Shown in pieces: positions 11,341 to 24,882 of a stretch of DNA of 64,000 bases. Position numbers and translations under genes: made by a program. The notes below the pieces were generated by a model. That model saw only the letters and a program-made list of their open reading frames with translations, did not search any database and was not told where the DNA came from. Origin of the DNA: Eledone cirrhosa (taxonomy: Eukaryota); the NCBI GenBank assembly GCA_964016885.1, contig OZ024742.1:128464001-128528000 (forward strand). The letters run 5' to 3'. Numbering within the stretch: position 1 is the first letter of the stretch; each line of letters starts with the position of its first letter.

Positions 11341-11418
11341 ACTCCAACTAATTAGTTTCTGAAAGGGGATATACATAGTGTTCAAAACCATGGAGAATTA
11401 CTTTCTTCATCTGGGAGT
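11341..11418 (-). ncRNA. Hammerhead-ribozyme-like motif with extended stem II
   Basis: Minus strand reads actcc CAGATGA a gaaag..ctttc a GAAA ctaattagt t ggagt. Stem I is actcc/ggagt; stem III is the palindrome actaattagt. Confidence 0.55.
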
Positions 11419-12084
11419 CAATTCTCGGCTAAGATCCCTGGCGATAGGCGGACACAGGGAGCTCAAACAAAAATAATTCAGTGAATGGAAAAGAAGCAAG
11501 AGTGGACTAAATTTCAAGACACTGAAAATTTCACTACCTTCCCGGTCAGTGGCAAATTCAAAAGAAACAATCACGTGACATCGATGTTAATCAGTGAGGA
11601 GTGGGGTGTTAAAAAGACAGTAGCCAAAATATTACTTTGAATTATAGTAGTAATTCAGGCAAATTTTTGCTCAACAAATAATTTGGAGATAATTATAAAG
11701 AATTAGTATATATACCAACATATTTATACAGAAGTATACTTATGGTAGCAAGATATATATATATATATATACACATACATACATATACAGTCCACATTGT
11801 AAAGTGGTCATGAAGGTGTCAACAAAAAGCACCCAGTCCACAATGTAAAGAGGTTGTGTTGGCATCATAACAAAGAGGACCTAATACTCACCGTAAATGA
11901 GGTTGGTGTTAGGAAGAGTATTGAGCTGTAGAAACCAAGCCAAAATCAGTTCTGTATGCGCAAGACATGGTCACATGACCTGGCATTGCCCACAACAGGA
12001 CAACTCGTCTAACCCATGCCAGTGTGGGAAAATAGTTGTTAAACGGTGATGATGCTGATGATGATATATGTGTGTATATGCACT

Positions 12085-12650
12085 TTATAGGTTTGATGCC
12101 AAGTGCTGCATGGCTGGAATGAAAATCAGTGCTGCAAAAACTGAGGAAATTGTCCTCTCAAAGAAGAATGTGCAGTGCACTCTACATCTGAATAGGGTTC
12201 CACTGAAGCAGATGGAGTAATTCAAGTATCTTGGGGCCGTGTTCACGAGTGATAGAGGGTAGGAGGCTGAATAAAGTGATGCAAAAATTGCAGGAACCGG
12301 TGCAATAATAGACCAGCTTCAGCATTCAGTAATCAGAAGAAGGGAGGTAGGTGTAAAAGCAAAACTAAATATCTTCAATTCAGGTTTGTGCCAACCCTTA
12401 CCTATGGTCATGTATCTTAGGTAATGACTGAAAGAATATGATTGCAAATACAAGCAACTGAAATGGAGTTCTTCCAAAGGGTCTTTGGAATAATGTTATC
12501 GATAGAGTTCATAGTTGGATATCAGAGAGGCACATTAGGTAGAGCTGTTACTTCTCCAAATTTAGAGATCACAGCTCTGATATGGGCATGTGGTTAGAAT
12601 GTTGCAGGACAGATTTTATGAGCAAAATTGGACCCTGAGCAAGATGGTTG
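12085..12650 (+). pseudogene. RTE LINE RT C-terminal fragment (second family)
   Basis: Translates GMKISAAKTEEIVLSKK..PLKQME*FKYLGAVFTSD, then PTLTYGH..IQATEMEF; stops and frameshifts. Confidence 0.75.
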
Positions 12651-14189
12651 TATAGTACTCATGAGCTTGGCTGATCTCATTTGAAGAGGTTTCTGCTTTA
12701 GCTATCTATCTGTTGCCCGAAAACTTTTCCATTCTTTGCTCTCTAAGTTTTAGCTGATCTGGGTTGGAAATTGATTTCTGATATTTTAAAGAAAGTGCAA
12801 TTTTGAAAAATTTAAGTTTTTTTCTACTGAATCTCATGATTCATGCTTGACGAAATTGTGTCAAAGGGATTTTTAACTATTCAGTTGTCCAATTAAATGC
12901 ATGGGTATGGGGTAGGGAACAAAAAAGCAAATCTATGTAATAAGTGTGAAAATTTGTCCATTTATCTTGAAACAATACAGCTGTTTCTCTATGAATTTTC
13001 ATACAATTAAGAATAACTCATAAATAAAAAGGGTGAGATGAAGGAAGATTAAAAGTTCTAATGTAGTGGGAGTAGGACAGTTGAGAATGACAAAGTAAAA
13101 GGAATAAGGTTGTCATTTAAGTTTAACAAAAGAATGAAGCATTTCTTTTTTTATATTTGGCACTCAGACAATGTCAGATGTCACTGCTAATCATATAAGT
13201 AATAGAAGTATTGCCTCTATGTTAGTAATTGTCAATATTGCCCCCTAAACAGAATTATTATTTTGGTTGGTGTTAGGAAGGGCATCCAGCTGTAGAAAAC
13301 CTGCCAGATTGTCCTATACGAGCGGACATGGTCACCCGACCAATCTTGCCTCAAGTGGGACAACTCCCCTCTAACCCATGCTAGCCTGGAAGATAGACGT
13401 TAAACAATGATGATGATGATGATGATAAAGAAAGAAGTATCTAAAAATAGTTATTTACTTTTATTTTTTGTTAGTTATCTCATCTAATTCCCCACTTTCT
13501 TTTTTACATACACACTACAATGAAGCACCACCAGATACACTAATGTTTCATATTCTCTCTGTATATTCACATATACCACTGCAATGAGGGTTATGTTGCT
13601 TTTATGTGCATGCTTTTACTCCTTACTATATGGTCTCTATTAACAAAGTATTTGTTACTCCTGTTTAACTTTAAACACTTTATTCCTACCTGTTTGGTTT
13701 CTTTTAACGAAATGTTCACTTCAATCTTTCCATTCCTACATCACATTGCCTTGGAAATCAAAATTATCTCTCTCTAGCAACTCTAAATAAATTATTTTCT
13801 CTGTGTATAATTTCCTACAAATTTCTGGTCTTGTAGTTATGTAAGAAATCGTTATTGTTATTTTGATAAACAGCTGCCAGATAGTCCTATACGAGAGAGA
13901 CACGGTCACCCCGACCAATCTTGCCTCAAGTGGGACAACTCCCGTCTAACCTATGCTAGCATGGAAGATAGATGTTAAATGATGATGATGATGATGATGA
14001 GCTCCAAAGAATTAAACTGTTCTCTTCAGTTTAATTGCAAACACCAACAATTAAGTTTGATTCGCCATGTAACCGTCAAAATGTATTCAAGGTAATGGCA
14101 TCTTCTTTTAAGGGATGTACATTTATCCTTTTTATATAATGTTCTTTTCTAAGTTGTCTCCTATAGAATACTAATACTCTATGTCCAAG

Positions 14190-14765
14190 ACTAGGGACTG
14201 CCAACTGGCCAGACCTCTCTCATAATGCAATCACCCAGATCCCAAAATATAGTAGCAGTCATGATGTGTGCAAGGTATGGCGTGGCCACCAGGCCAGACT
14301 CAACTCATATCGGGACCATTTGGTAACATGGTTTCTTTATTACTAAGGCTTGGTGGGCTCCTTTATAAATAAAAGCTTGGCGCGGCCAAATAGCCCAACC
14401 TCCATTGTAGTCGGACCATACATTACCCAAATTGTGGTTCTGATGTGAGCAGGGTATGGCATGGCCAACTTGGCCTGACTCTCCTCATAATGGTGCCACC
14501 CAGGGCTCTACTCCGAGTAAAATCCCAAATCACAGCAACAGTCCCAATATTGTGCAAGGTACAGTACAGCCATCTGGCCAGACTTTCAAGTAACAATGCT
14601 CCACTGTGTAAGACTTGATGCTGCCAACTGGCCAGACATCCCTCATAGTGAAACCCCAGGGGTCACAAACTATAGTTCCACTGTAAGCAGGGTAGGGCAT
14701 GGTCAACTGGCCTGTCCTTCTTTATAATGGTTCCGTTCTGTTCTACACTGTAAATGGGATTGCAG
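14190..14765. repeat. Degenerate flank copies of the 76-bp repeat
   Basis: About 7 diverged copies of ggtatgg..tggccaactggcc..ctcata. Confidence 0.75.
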
Positions 14766-16890
14766 CTCCCAAACCATAGTTCCACTGTGAACAGGGTATG
14801 GTGTGGCCAACTGGCCTGTCCTTCCTCATAATGGTACCATCCTCCCAAAGTATGGTTCCACTGTGAACAGGGTATAGTGTAGCCAACTGGCCTGTCCTTC
14901 CTCATAACGGTAACATCCTCCCAAACTATGGTTCCACTGTGAACAGGGTATGGTGTGGCCAACTGGCCTGTCCTTCCTCATAACAGTACCATCCTCCCAA
15001 ACTATGGTTCCACTGTGAACGGGGTATGGTGTGGCCAACTGGCCTGTCCTTCCTCATAATCGTACCATCCTCCCAAAGTATGGTTCCACTGTGAACAGGG
15101 TATAGTGTAGCCAACTGGCCTGTCCTTCCTCATAACGGTACCATCCTCCCAAACTATGGTTCCACTGTGAACAGGGTATGGTGTGGCCAACTGGCCTGTC
15201 CTTCCTCATAACAGTACCATCCTCCCAAACTATGGTTCCACTGTGAACAGGGTATGGTGTGGCCAACTGGCCTGTCCTTCCTCATAACAGTACCATCCTC
15301 CCAAACTATGGTTCCACTGTGAACAGGGTATGGTGTGGCCAACTGGCCTGTCCTTCCTCATAACAGTACCATCCTCCCAAACTATGGTTCCACTGTGAAC
15401 AGGGTATGGTGTGGCCAACTGGCCTGTCCTTCCTCATAGCAGTACCATCCTCCCAAACTATGGTTCCACTGTGAACAGGGTATGGTGTGGCCAACTGGCC
15501 TGTCCTTCCTCATAATCGTACTATCCTCCCAAACTATGGTTCCACTGTGAACAGGGTATGGTGTGGCCAACTGGCCTGTCCTTCCTCATAACGGTACCAT
15601 CCTCCCAAAGTATGGTTCCACTGTGAACAGGGTATGGTGTGGCCAACTGGCCTGTCCTTCCTCATAACAGTACCATCCTCCCAAACTATGGTTCCACTGT
15701 GAACAGGGTATGGTGTGGCCAACTGGCCTGTCCTTCCTCATAACAGTACCATCCTCCCAAACTATGGTTCCACTGTGAACAGGGTATGGTGTGGCCAACT
15801 GGCCTGTCCTTCCTCATAACGGTACCATCCTCCCAAAGTATGGTTCCACTGTGAACAGGGTATGGTGTGGCCAACTGGCCTGTCCTTCCTCATAACGGTA
15901 ACATCCTCCCAAAGTATGGTTCCACTGTGAACAGGGTATGGTGTGGCCAACTGGCCTGTCCTTCCTCATAACGGTAACATCCTCCCAAAGTATGGTTCCA
16001 CTGTGAACAGGGTATGGTGTGGCCAACTGGCCTGTCCTTCCTCATAACGGTACCATCCTCCCAAAGTATGGTTCCACTGTGAACAGGGTATGGTGTGGCC
16101 AACTGGCCTGTCCTTCCTCATAACGGTAACATCCTCCCAAAGTATGGTTCCACTGTGAACAGGGTATGGTGTGGCCAACTGGCCTGTCCTTCCTCATAAC
16201 GGTACCATCCTCCCAAACTATGGTTCCACTGTGAACAGGGTATGGTGTGGCCAACTGGCCTGTCCTTCCTCATAACAGTACCATCCTCCCAAACTATGGT
16301 TCCACTGTGAACAGGGTATGGTGTGGCCAACTGGCCTGTCCTTCCTCATAACAGTACCATCCTCCCAAACTATGGTTCCACTGTGAACAGGGTATGGTGT
16401 GGCCAACTGGCCTGTCCTTCCTCATAACGGTACCATCCTCCCAAACTATGGTTCCACTGTGAACAGGGTATGGTGTGGCCAACTGGTCTGTCCTTCCTCA
16501 TAACGGTACCATCCTCCCAAAGTATGGTTCCACTGTGAACAGGGTATGGTGTGGCCAACTGGCCTGTCCTTCCTCATAACAGTACCATCCTCCCAAAGTA
16601 TGGTTCCACTGTGAACAGGGTATGGTGTGGCCAACTGGCCTGTCCTTCCTCATAACAGTACCATCCTCCCAAACTATGGTTCCACTGTGAACAGGGTATG
16701 GTGTGGCCAACTGGTCTGTCCTTCCTCATAACGGTACCATCCTCCCAAACTATGGTTCCACTGTGAACAGGGTATGGTGTGGCCAACTGACCTGTCCTTC
16801 CTCATAACAGTACCATCCTCCCAAACTATGGTTCCACTGTGAACAGGGTATGGTGTGGCCAACTGACCTGTCCTTCCTCATAACGGTACC
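14766..16890. repeat. 76-bp tandem array, about 28 near-identical copies
   Basis: Unit ccaaactatggttccactgtgaacagggtatggtgtggccaactggcctgtccttcctcataacagtaccatcctc. The ORF track recurs every 76 bp. Confidence 0.97.
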
Positions 16891-17399
16891 AACTAATTAC
16901 ACACTATAAACATGGTTAATGTTAGGAAGGACATCCTGCTGTAAAAATCCAGGCCAAATTTACAGTTGTGTTTGAACAAGGTACAGTGCCACCAATCTGG
17001 GCAGACTTGTCTCATGTTGTGGATGACTCATCTAACCCATGCAAGCATGGAAAATGGATAATGAATATATATATATAGTGAGTATAAAGTTAGATTGTTC
17101 TTAGCTACCACGTGCATACATATGTTTATTGAATGTATATGCATGCATATGTATATGTATGTGTGTGCATATACACATATACATGCAACTATATATATGT
17201 GTATGTATACATTTGTGCACACACATACAAATGCACATGCACGTACATATGTACATGTGTATGTTTCTATACGTGTGTGTATAATTCTCAGACATTCTAT
17301 CTTCATTTATGCATACATCTATGCCAGTCAGTGCATACTTATGTATGAGACTAAATCCGAAAACACTACTCCTAATGATCTCATTATTATTATTACTTT

Positions 17400-17595
17400 C
17401 GATGGATTGGCAGTATCAGTAGAGGGTCAGACGCCATGCTTTGACACATAGAGTTACGGCCCTTGCCATTCTGAGTTCAAATCTCGCCGAGGTTAACTTA
17501 GCCTTTCATCCTTACGGGATCGATAAAATAAAGTACCAGTAATGCACTGGGTAATTGCTGGCCTTGTGCCAAAAAGTAGAAACAATTATTATTAT
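17400..17595 (+). mobile_element. SINE family A (tRNA-derived), near full length
   Basis: A-box-like ttggcagtatcagtag, B-box gagttcaaatc, conserved body and (att)n tail. Other copies at 22130-22320(-), 23440-23512(-), 24275-24460(+) and 28770-28920(-). Confidence 0.85.
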
Positions 17596-18091
17596 TACTT
17601 TCATTATTATTAATACCAATCGGAGCATGGGTTCTCGAGATACGGGGTTTTTCCATGTACCTTCATAAATAGAGAAAGATAGAGCAAGAGATAGTGTTTG
17701 TGAGAGAGTAGCGAATATTTCCTTCATCATCTCATCATCATCATCATCTTCGTTTAACGTCCATCTTCCACGCTAGCATGGGTTAGACGGGAGTTGTCCC
17801 ACTTGAGGCAAGGTTGGTTGGGTGACCATGTCTCGCTCATATAGGACTATCTGGCAGGGTTTCTATGGCTGGATGCCCTTCCTAACACCAACCACATTTA
17901 CAGTGTGGAACTGGGAACTTTTTACCGTGTCACCTACACGACCACATTACAGCGTGGACTGTGTGTTTTTTGTCATGACACCTACACGATCTCGATCTCA
18001 TTATCTCATTTATTTGGACTGGATGTTGTGGTACCAACTTTCTAAATAGAAAAGGTTTCTAAGTGTGTTTACATTATATACGTTTGCGTGT

Positions 18092-18235
<144 letters not shown>

Positions 18236-18249
18236 GTGTGTATGTGTGT

Positions 18250-18289
18250 GTGTGTCTGTGACCAGAGTATATCGGTCACAGACACCCAC

Positions 18290-18328
<39 letters not shown>

Positions 18329-18470
18329 TATATATGGGCCTTCCAATTTCATTTTACATTATGTACATGTCTGTGTATGTTTTAATTATTTAAAAATTAT
18401 TTTTAAGTGAAAAAAATTTTTAAAATATATTTTAAAGTGAATGTGACCCAACGGGTCACTGGTGGTCTAG
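18250..18470 (+). mobile_element. Helitron/Helentron-like non-autonomous element, 3' part
   Basis: 3' hairpin gtgaccc-aac-gggtcac followed by ..CTAG|T, plus an upstream inverted repeat gtgtctgtgacc..ggtcacagacac among microsatellites. Confidence 0.55.
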
Positions 18471-18503
18471 TAAATACTATTATTTGCCATCTCCTTTAAT
18501 TAA

Positions 18504-18723
18504 CCCTTTAGCATTTACATTACTCTATATTTACTATTGTATTTTCACAGTAAACACTTATCTCACATAATTATCTCACATAATATCGAATCTATGAGAT
18601 TTTGATATTATTTATTTTGAGAACAATACCTTAATATCAGTATGAGTAGCCAGTTATGGCCAGTTTCAACAGAAAGAGGTGAGGTAATTGTGGCCGGATA
18701 CAGCCGGTTTAAATGCTAAAGGG
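18504..18723. mobile_element. piggyBac-type MITE
   Basis: TTAA|ccctttagcattta ... taaatgctaaaggg|TTAA: 14-bp TIRs with TTAA on both sides. Confidence 0.85.
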
Positions 18724-18911
18724 TTAAAATGATAACAGAGAATTTAAGCACTATTTATTAAATGTGCACAATTTATGATGAAGCACGATATTTTAACAAT
18801 GCTTAACTCATAAACTTTAGATTTGGTGTAGCCATGTTATTTTAGTTCTTTAACATTTTATTTTTGTGCATTTTGGGTTTTTTGTTTTCCTTTTTGTGTG
18901 GCATCATCTAA

Positions 18912-19735
18912 TCTATATATATAAAGCTGTGGTTGTCTGTCTGTCTATCGATTTTTGGCACACATCTCCTCTTAGAATCTCTGACGGAATTGCACCGAAA
19001 TTGCTATACTTGTACATTGAGCCCTAGCGAAGACATCGGAAAAAAATATTTCAAATTGACCCACCCTATGTGACGAAATCGAATCTAATGTATCGATTTT
19101 TGAGCGTAAGTGACGAGTTATTTCCCTTTGTTCTATATATATAAAGCTGTGGTTGTCTGTCTGTCTATCGATTTTTGGCACACATCTCCTCTTAGAATCT
19201 CTGACGGAATTGCACCGAAATTGCTATACTTGTACATTGAGCCCTAGCGAAGACATCGGAAAAAAAATATTTCAAATTGACCCACCCTATGTGACGAAAT
19301 CGAATCTAATGTATCGATTTTTGAGCGTAAGTGACGAGTTATTTCCCTTTGTTCTGTTTACATTGAGCGTCTTACGTTCTAAAATGACATTAACACAATA
19401 CACGAACAGTTGTCGAGCCAGCAAAATTTTGACCTGCAAAATTCATCAGTTCGAACACTCAGCTTCCGTTTTGCTTCATTTCCATTTAAAAGCCTTTTAA
19501 AACAATATTTTTACTTGAAAACAAGTCTATTTAAAGACTACGTAAAACAAGCAAATATTTCGTAAAAAAAAGCAAAAATTATATAAGTTTATTTAAAATA
19601 TATGTATCTGTAAATTTCGTTAGGCATGCAGACAGACAGTCGTGCAGACAGACTTTAAGCCAAAAAAGAAACTTAACATTGTAACTTTAACACAGCTACT
19701 GAGCGACCCCGAGCAACGCCAGGCTTTACTGCTAG
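18912..19735 (+). mobile_element. Non-autonomous Helitron with a duplicated 5' 220 bp
   Basis: 5' end A|TCtatatatataaagct; 3' hairpin-like cccgagcaacgccagg then CTAG|T. Segment 18912-19131 is repeated at 19132-19352. Confidence 0.8.
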
Positions 19736-19894
19736 TTAGTTATAAAAATCAAGACTATGTAAATATGTATATAAATTTACACATTGTGTGTGTATATATA
19801 TATATATATATAGAAGGAGCAACATAACACATTGCCTGGTCCAGGAATCGAATCGTCAACCTCACGATTACAAATCGGCCACACGCCTTCACAA

Positions 19895-19999
<105 letters not shown>

Positions 20000-21207
20000 T
20001 ATATACACACACGTATATATATATATATATATATAACTGTCTGGTTTAACACCATCACCAAGGAATTGAGTATTTTGGGTGAAATCCATTCTATTGCTAG
20101 CAGTTGGGTTGAATATCCCTCCAGTTATATCCTACCATCTTAAAAAAAGGATACATCATCATCATCATCATCACCGTTTAACATCCATTTTTCCCGTGCT
20201 GGCATGGGTTAGATAATCATTATCATCATCATCACTGTTTTACGTCCATTCTTCCATGCTAGCATGGGTTAGACGGGTTGTCCTGTTGTGGGCAATGCCA
20301 GGTCAGGTGACCTTGTCTTGCTCGTACAGGAACTGATTCTGGCTTGATTTCTACAGCTGGATGCCCTTCCTAACACCAACCTCATTTTCAGTGAGTACTG
20401 GGTGCTTTTTTTCCATGGCGCCTACATGACCACTTTACAGTGTGGTCTGGGTGTCAGATCAGATCAAGGAAACATTGTTTTCATTGGTCTTTCCATTGCT
20501 GATATTATTTGCCAGTCAACTCCTGGGAAAAGGAACAATGGGAAATAAAGTATTTTGCTCAAGAACACAAATACAACACACCAGGAATCGAACCCATGAC
20601 CTAACCACAAAGCCTTCACCAGTCATAGTAAACCTCTGAAAAGATTAGATAACCATGTTTGGGATGTTTGATCATTATGACCAAAAATAGGTTTACTCAA
20701 TTAGGATTCATACGGAGCTAAACAAAAACTGAAGAACAACAGTACAATCTTTAATTTGATCCGAAAGCCATGATTTATTAAGTAACTGTCACACATCATT
20801 TGAGTAAACACAGGGAGGAGTTAGCAAATACATCAATGTTATGTGTCTATGGAGTCGATCATGTTTACGACTGTGGACATATAACAGTAAATAGCTATAA
20901 AAAATACTAATACTTGTTATGACAAGCACTAAAACAACATGTAAAGAAGGCAACAGTGTTTTTGAGTTCTTGCATTGCCTTCTTTTGGATATAAATACAT
21001 ATACACATACATATATATACATACATGCATATACATATACTTACATATATACATGTATAATGGCTGCATCTTGGTTTTGAGAATTGCCTTTCTGTTCTGG
21101 TTACTTGGGTGGTAGACTTAATCCATTGCCTGCTTTAACTCCACTTTTTTACACTTGTGTGCCTATAATTGAGTCCACTCTGTTACAAGAATTTTGAGTA
21201 GGTTAAA

Positions 21208-21420
21208 AAATAATAATAATGAAATTATTGTGTAAAGTGCTCAGGTGCACTACAACTCGTCAATATAGTACATAGAATAATACACAAATGTCAGGGAAGT
21301 ACATGTGTGTATGTGTTAGCTGTTCTGTTGGCGGATCTCGGGAAGCATGGAGGCCTTAAGGTACCTTCTTCCTCCCTCACATCAGTCTTAGAAGCCCTGA
21401 AAAAGTCATGGGCACTGTGT
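21208..21420 (-). mobile_element. Probable LINE 3' end with a (TTA)n tail
   Basis: Minus strand reads gacgagttgtagtgcacctgagcactttacacaataatttcattattattatt. Family not resolved. Confidence 0.35.
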
Positions 21421-22559
21421 TTCCCTTCCCTGATTAATGAGTAAAAATATTAACCACATTGTTATTTAACCTCATGTTTTACCTTGATTGAACAAGCTTA
21501 TAATCAGATGTATTCAAGCGATGAACATCCTGTTTTTTCTTTTTTTAGGTGTAATTTATTTAAGTTAGTGTGGTGTGGTTTGGCTGTCATTTCTAGCAGA
21601 TCATTCTAGCAGCTAGAGCAACCACATTAACTGTGTGTCAGTAAGTTCCTATTTATGTAATATATATATATAGTTCACACTGTAAATGTGGTTTGTGTTA
21701 GGAAGGGCATCCAGCCGTAGAAAACCTGCCAGATAGTCCTCTATGAGCTAGACACGGTCACCCGACCAACCGTGCCTCAAGTGGGACAATTCCCGTCTAA
21801 CCCATGCTAGCATGGAAGATGGACATTAAACGAAGATGATGAGGATGATGATGATATATATATTGTTTAGTCTGATAAGGAAGGGTAGGACCCTTATCCT
21901 TTCCAGGGCTACCAAGAGTGATGGAGGGAGAGAAGAAGACGTTTTCAAATAGGAGACCTGGTCTGAATGCTTGCAACAGAATGGATTCCTCTAAATGCAC
22001 GGGACAAGTGGATGTGTTAAACAAGGTGACTGGTTATGTTTTCCCCACAAGTAGACCACAGTAAGATTTGATTTCAGAAAGAAATGGGCTGAAACAAATA
22101 CTGCAAGGCATCACATCCAATATTCTAATAATTGTTTCTACTTTTGGCACAAGGCCAGCAATTACCCAATGCATTACTGGTACTTTATTTTATCGACCCC
22201 GTAAGGATGAAAGGCAAAGTTAACCTCGGTGGGATTTGAACTCAGAATGGAAAGGGCTGTAACTCTATGCATCAAAGCATGGCGCCCGACCCTCTACTGA
22301 TACTGCCAATCTACCGATGCTGCCAACCGACTACCCTGGACTGGTTCTCTGTTTTATTGACATCAAGTAAGATATGAAGTCAGGGCTCAAACATTTAGAA
22401 CAAATACCACAAACCATTTTGTCCTACAGTCTAATGATTCTGCCAATTAATTGGTTCAAATATTTATATACATGAGTATATATGCATAAAGCTGTGCATT
22501 TTGTATCAGAATGCAGTTTAGGTTTAATATGGAGTGTCACATGCTGTGATACATTCATC

Positions 22560-22672
22560 ACTTCTCCCCTCATTGTCCTAGCTACAAATCTGGGCAGCAA
22601 CACCAATAACACTTTTTCCAGTTCTCCCCTTATTGTCTTAGCCAAAAATCTGGGCAGCACCACCCATAACAC
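22560..22672. repeat. Two-copy ~61-bp direct repeat
   Basis: ttctcccct.attgtc.tagc.a.aaatctgggcagca.cacc.ataacac occurs twice. Confidence 0.8.
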
Positions 22673-22791
22673 AGAGGAGCAGAAGATAACAAAATACTAC
22701 TTCCTTTTTGTGCTTATTGCTATTAAGACTTCCAGTGCCTTTTATCCTTTTGAGGTTAATAAAGTACCAGTTAAATATTGAGAGTAGATTC

Positions 22792-22864
<73 letters not shown>

Positions 22865-22914
22865 GTAACGATTGTGTTGTTATTTCTGTTTACCTTTTAC
22901 ATACATATATATAT

Positions 22915-22947
<33 letters not shown>

Positions 22948-23639
22948 CACATTTTTACGGACAATGTATATATATATGTATATATATATAAGTATATATA
23001 TACATATATATATATATATACATTGTCCGTAAACATTTCTTTTTGACTAGCTTGCTAAAACATTAAATATGAAATATGTAGATTAATAATATATAGACTA
23101 TCATTAAAAGGAAACTATATATCAAAATAAGTAAATACAGAAGTAAATATAACCATTCATTAAATTAATGAAATAAAACTTTTGAGAGTAAATATAACTA
23201 CAGTTTGATTCTAGGAATTAAATGATAATTAAAGAATAGTAAAGCTTTTATAAGGAGAATCTCTAAATTAAATAAAATAAATTAAATATATTATATGTAT
23301 TGATGTTGATATATGCATGGTATTATATTTTAATACACATTTAATATTTAATAATTATTTAAATACGCTTTAAAGATTAATTCTTTTAAAGTTGTAACAA
23401 AATATTTATAGAATATCTTACCTTAAAATTTAAAATTATAATTGTTTCTACTTTAGGCACAAGGCCAGCAATTACCCAGTGCATTACTGGTACTTTATTT
23501 TATCGACCCCGTATAATTTAAAATTATAATAATCTATAATGAGTTAAATTAAATTATATAAATTTATAATTAAATAAAATATATGATTGCTATAGAAAGT
23601 AATCTATACTGAATAGATTGAATGACGGAATTGTTAAGG

Positions 23640-24250
23640 TTATCTGGGTAGCCAGGTTCACCAATGTTGGCATTACTGGCTGGTTTTATTCAAGTGAGCT
23701 TACTGTGGTTGCTAAGTGCTATGAGGTTGGCTAAGTTAGGTGTGGTAGAATAAGATATTTTGACGTTATTCTTGTTGAGGATCTTGTGGTACCTGTGGTT
23801 AGGTGGGAAGTTCCTCTCTAAGGCGTCAAAGAAGATTCTAGGTATGTTAGAGGCTATACACCTAGAGTTGGAGGGAAGGAACCATATGACATTATGCCGG
23901 CGTTTCCATGTCACAGTTGGGCTGGTGTGGTTGTTTAAGCCCTGGTGGGTGTTTCTTCCATGGCAGTTGAGCTGCTGCCTATTGTGCGCTCTGTTCATAT
24001 TAGCCCCATGTGCTAACCTACCCCCTGCTGGGCCGCTGTGGGTTACCCTGTGCCTGGTGGTAGGTGTTGGTAAGATACCGTCACCATTATAAAGCCTGTA
24101 TGCAGGGAATTTTTATAGTAGGCTGCTGTTAATTATGTTGCCCGAACTAAGCTGGCACCAGTGTAGGGGTCCCCCTGGTCTACCACCTTTGCTGTTATGA
24201 TGCTGGCCAAGGTTTGTCGCAGTACTAGTTCGACCTGTATATTTCCCGTA
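23640..24250 (-). pseudogene. Degenerate PLE fragment (thumb/linker region) related to 112-1003
   Basis: VIWFLPSNS..FPPNHRYHKILNKNNVKISYSTTPNLANLI aligns with ICWFNPPYN..FPPTHKYSKIFNRNTIKISYSTTPNLAHNI. Confidence 0.8.
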
Positions 24251-24489
24251 ATTATTATATATATATATAAGGGCAGGGGATTGGCAGTATCGGTAGAGGG
24301 TCGGGCGCCATGCTTTCCAGCATAGTTACGTCCCTTTATGGTCTGAGTTCAAATCCTGCCGAGGTTAACTTTGCCTTTCATCCTTACGGGGTCGATAAAA
24401 TAAAGTACCAGTAATACACTGGGATAATTATTGGCCTTGTGCCAAAAGTAGAAACAATTATTATATATATATATCATTTCATTTTATTT

Positions 24490-24815
24490 CATTTTACGTC
24501 CGCTTTTTCCCTGCTTGCAAGGGTGGGACGGGAATTGATTCTGGCTTGATTTCTACAGATGGATGCCCTTCCTAACACCAACCTCATTTACAGTGAGTTC
24601 TGGGTGCTTTTTTGCCATGGCACCTACACGACTACTTTGCAGTGGAATGATAGGGACCCCAGTCCCTATCATCTCATTTATACAGCTGAGTAAACTGGAG
24701 CAATGTGAAATAAAGTGTCTTGCTCAAGGAAACAACACATCACCCGGTCTGAGAATTGAACTCACAACCTTTCGATTGCAAGGCCAATGCTCTAACCACT
24801 AAGCCATGTGCCTCC
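24490..24815 (-). mobile_element. SINE family B, near full length (tRNA head, central domain, RTE tail)
   Basis: Minus strand ggaggcacatggcttagtggttagagc..gagttcaattctc..gtgttgtttccttgagcaagacactt..ggttggtgttaggaagggcatcc. Fragments also at about 19820-19890, 20545-20610 and 28520-28590. Confidence 0.85.
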
Positions 24816-24882
24816 ATATATATATATATGCAGAGTGTTGTAGGTTGCTTGAAGCATTGTTGAATAGGAAATATATATTTAA

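Noticed and set aside
14663-16862. Repeated 62-70 aa ORFs (MATPYPVHSG...)
   Set aside because: By-product of a 76-bp unit that is not a multiple of 3, with stops recurring in every frame.
24745-24815. tRNA gene
   Set aside because: A and B boxes are present but the sequence continues into a SINE body with no complete cloverleaf; the same applies at 31033.
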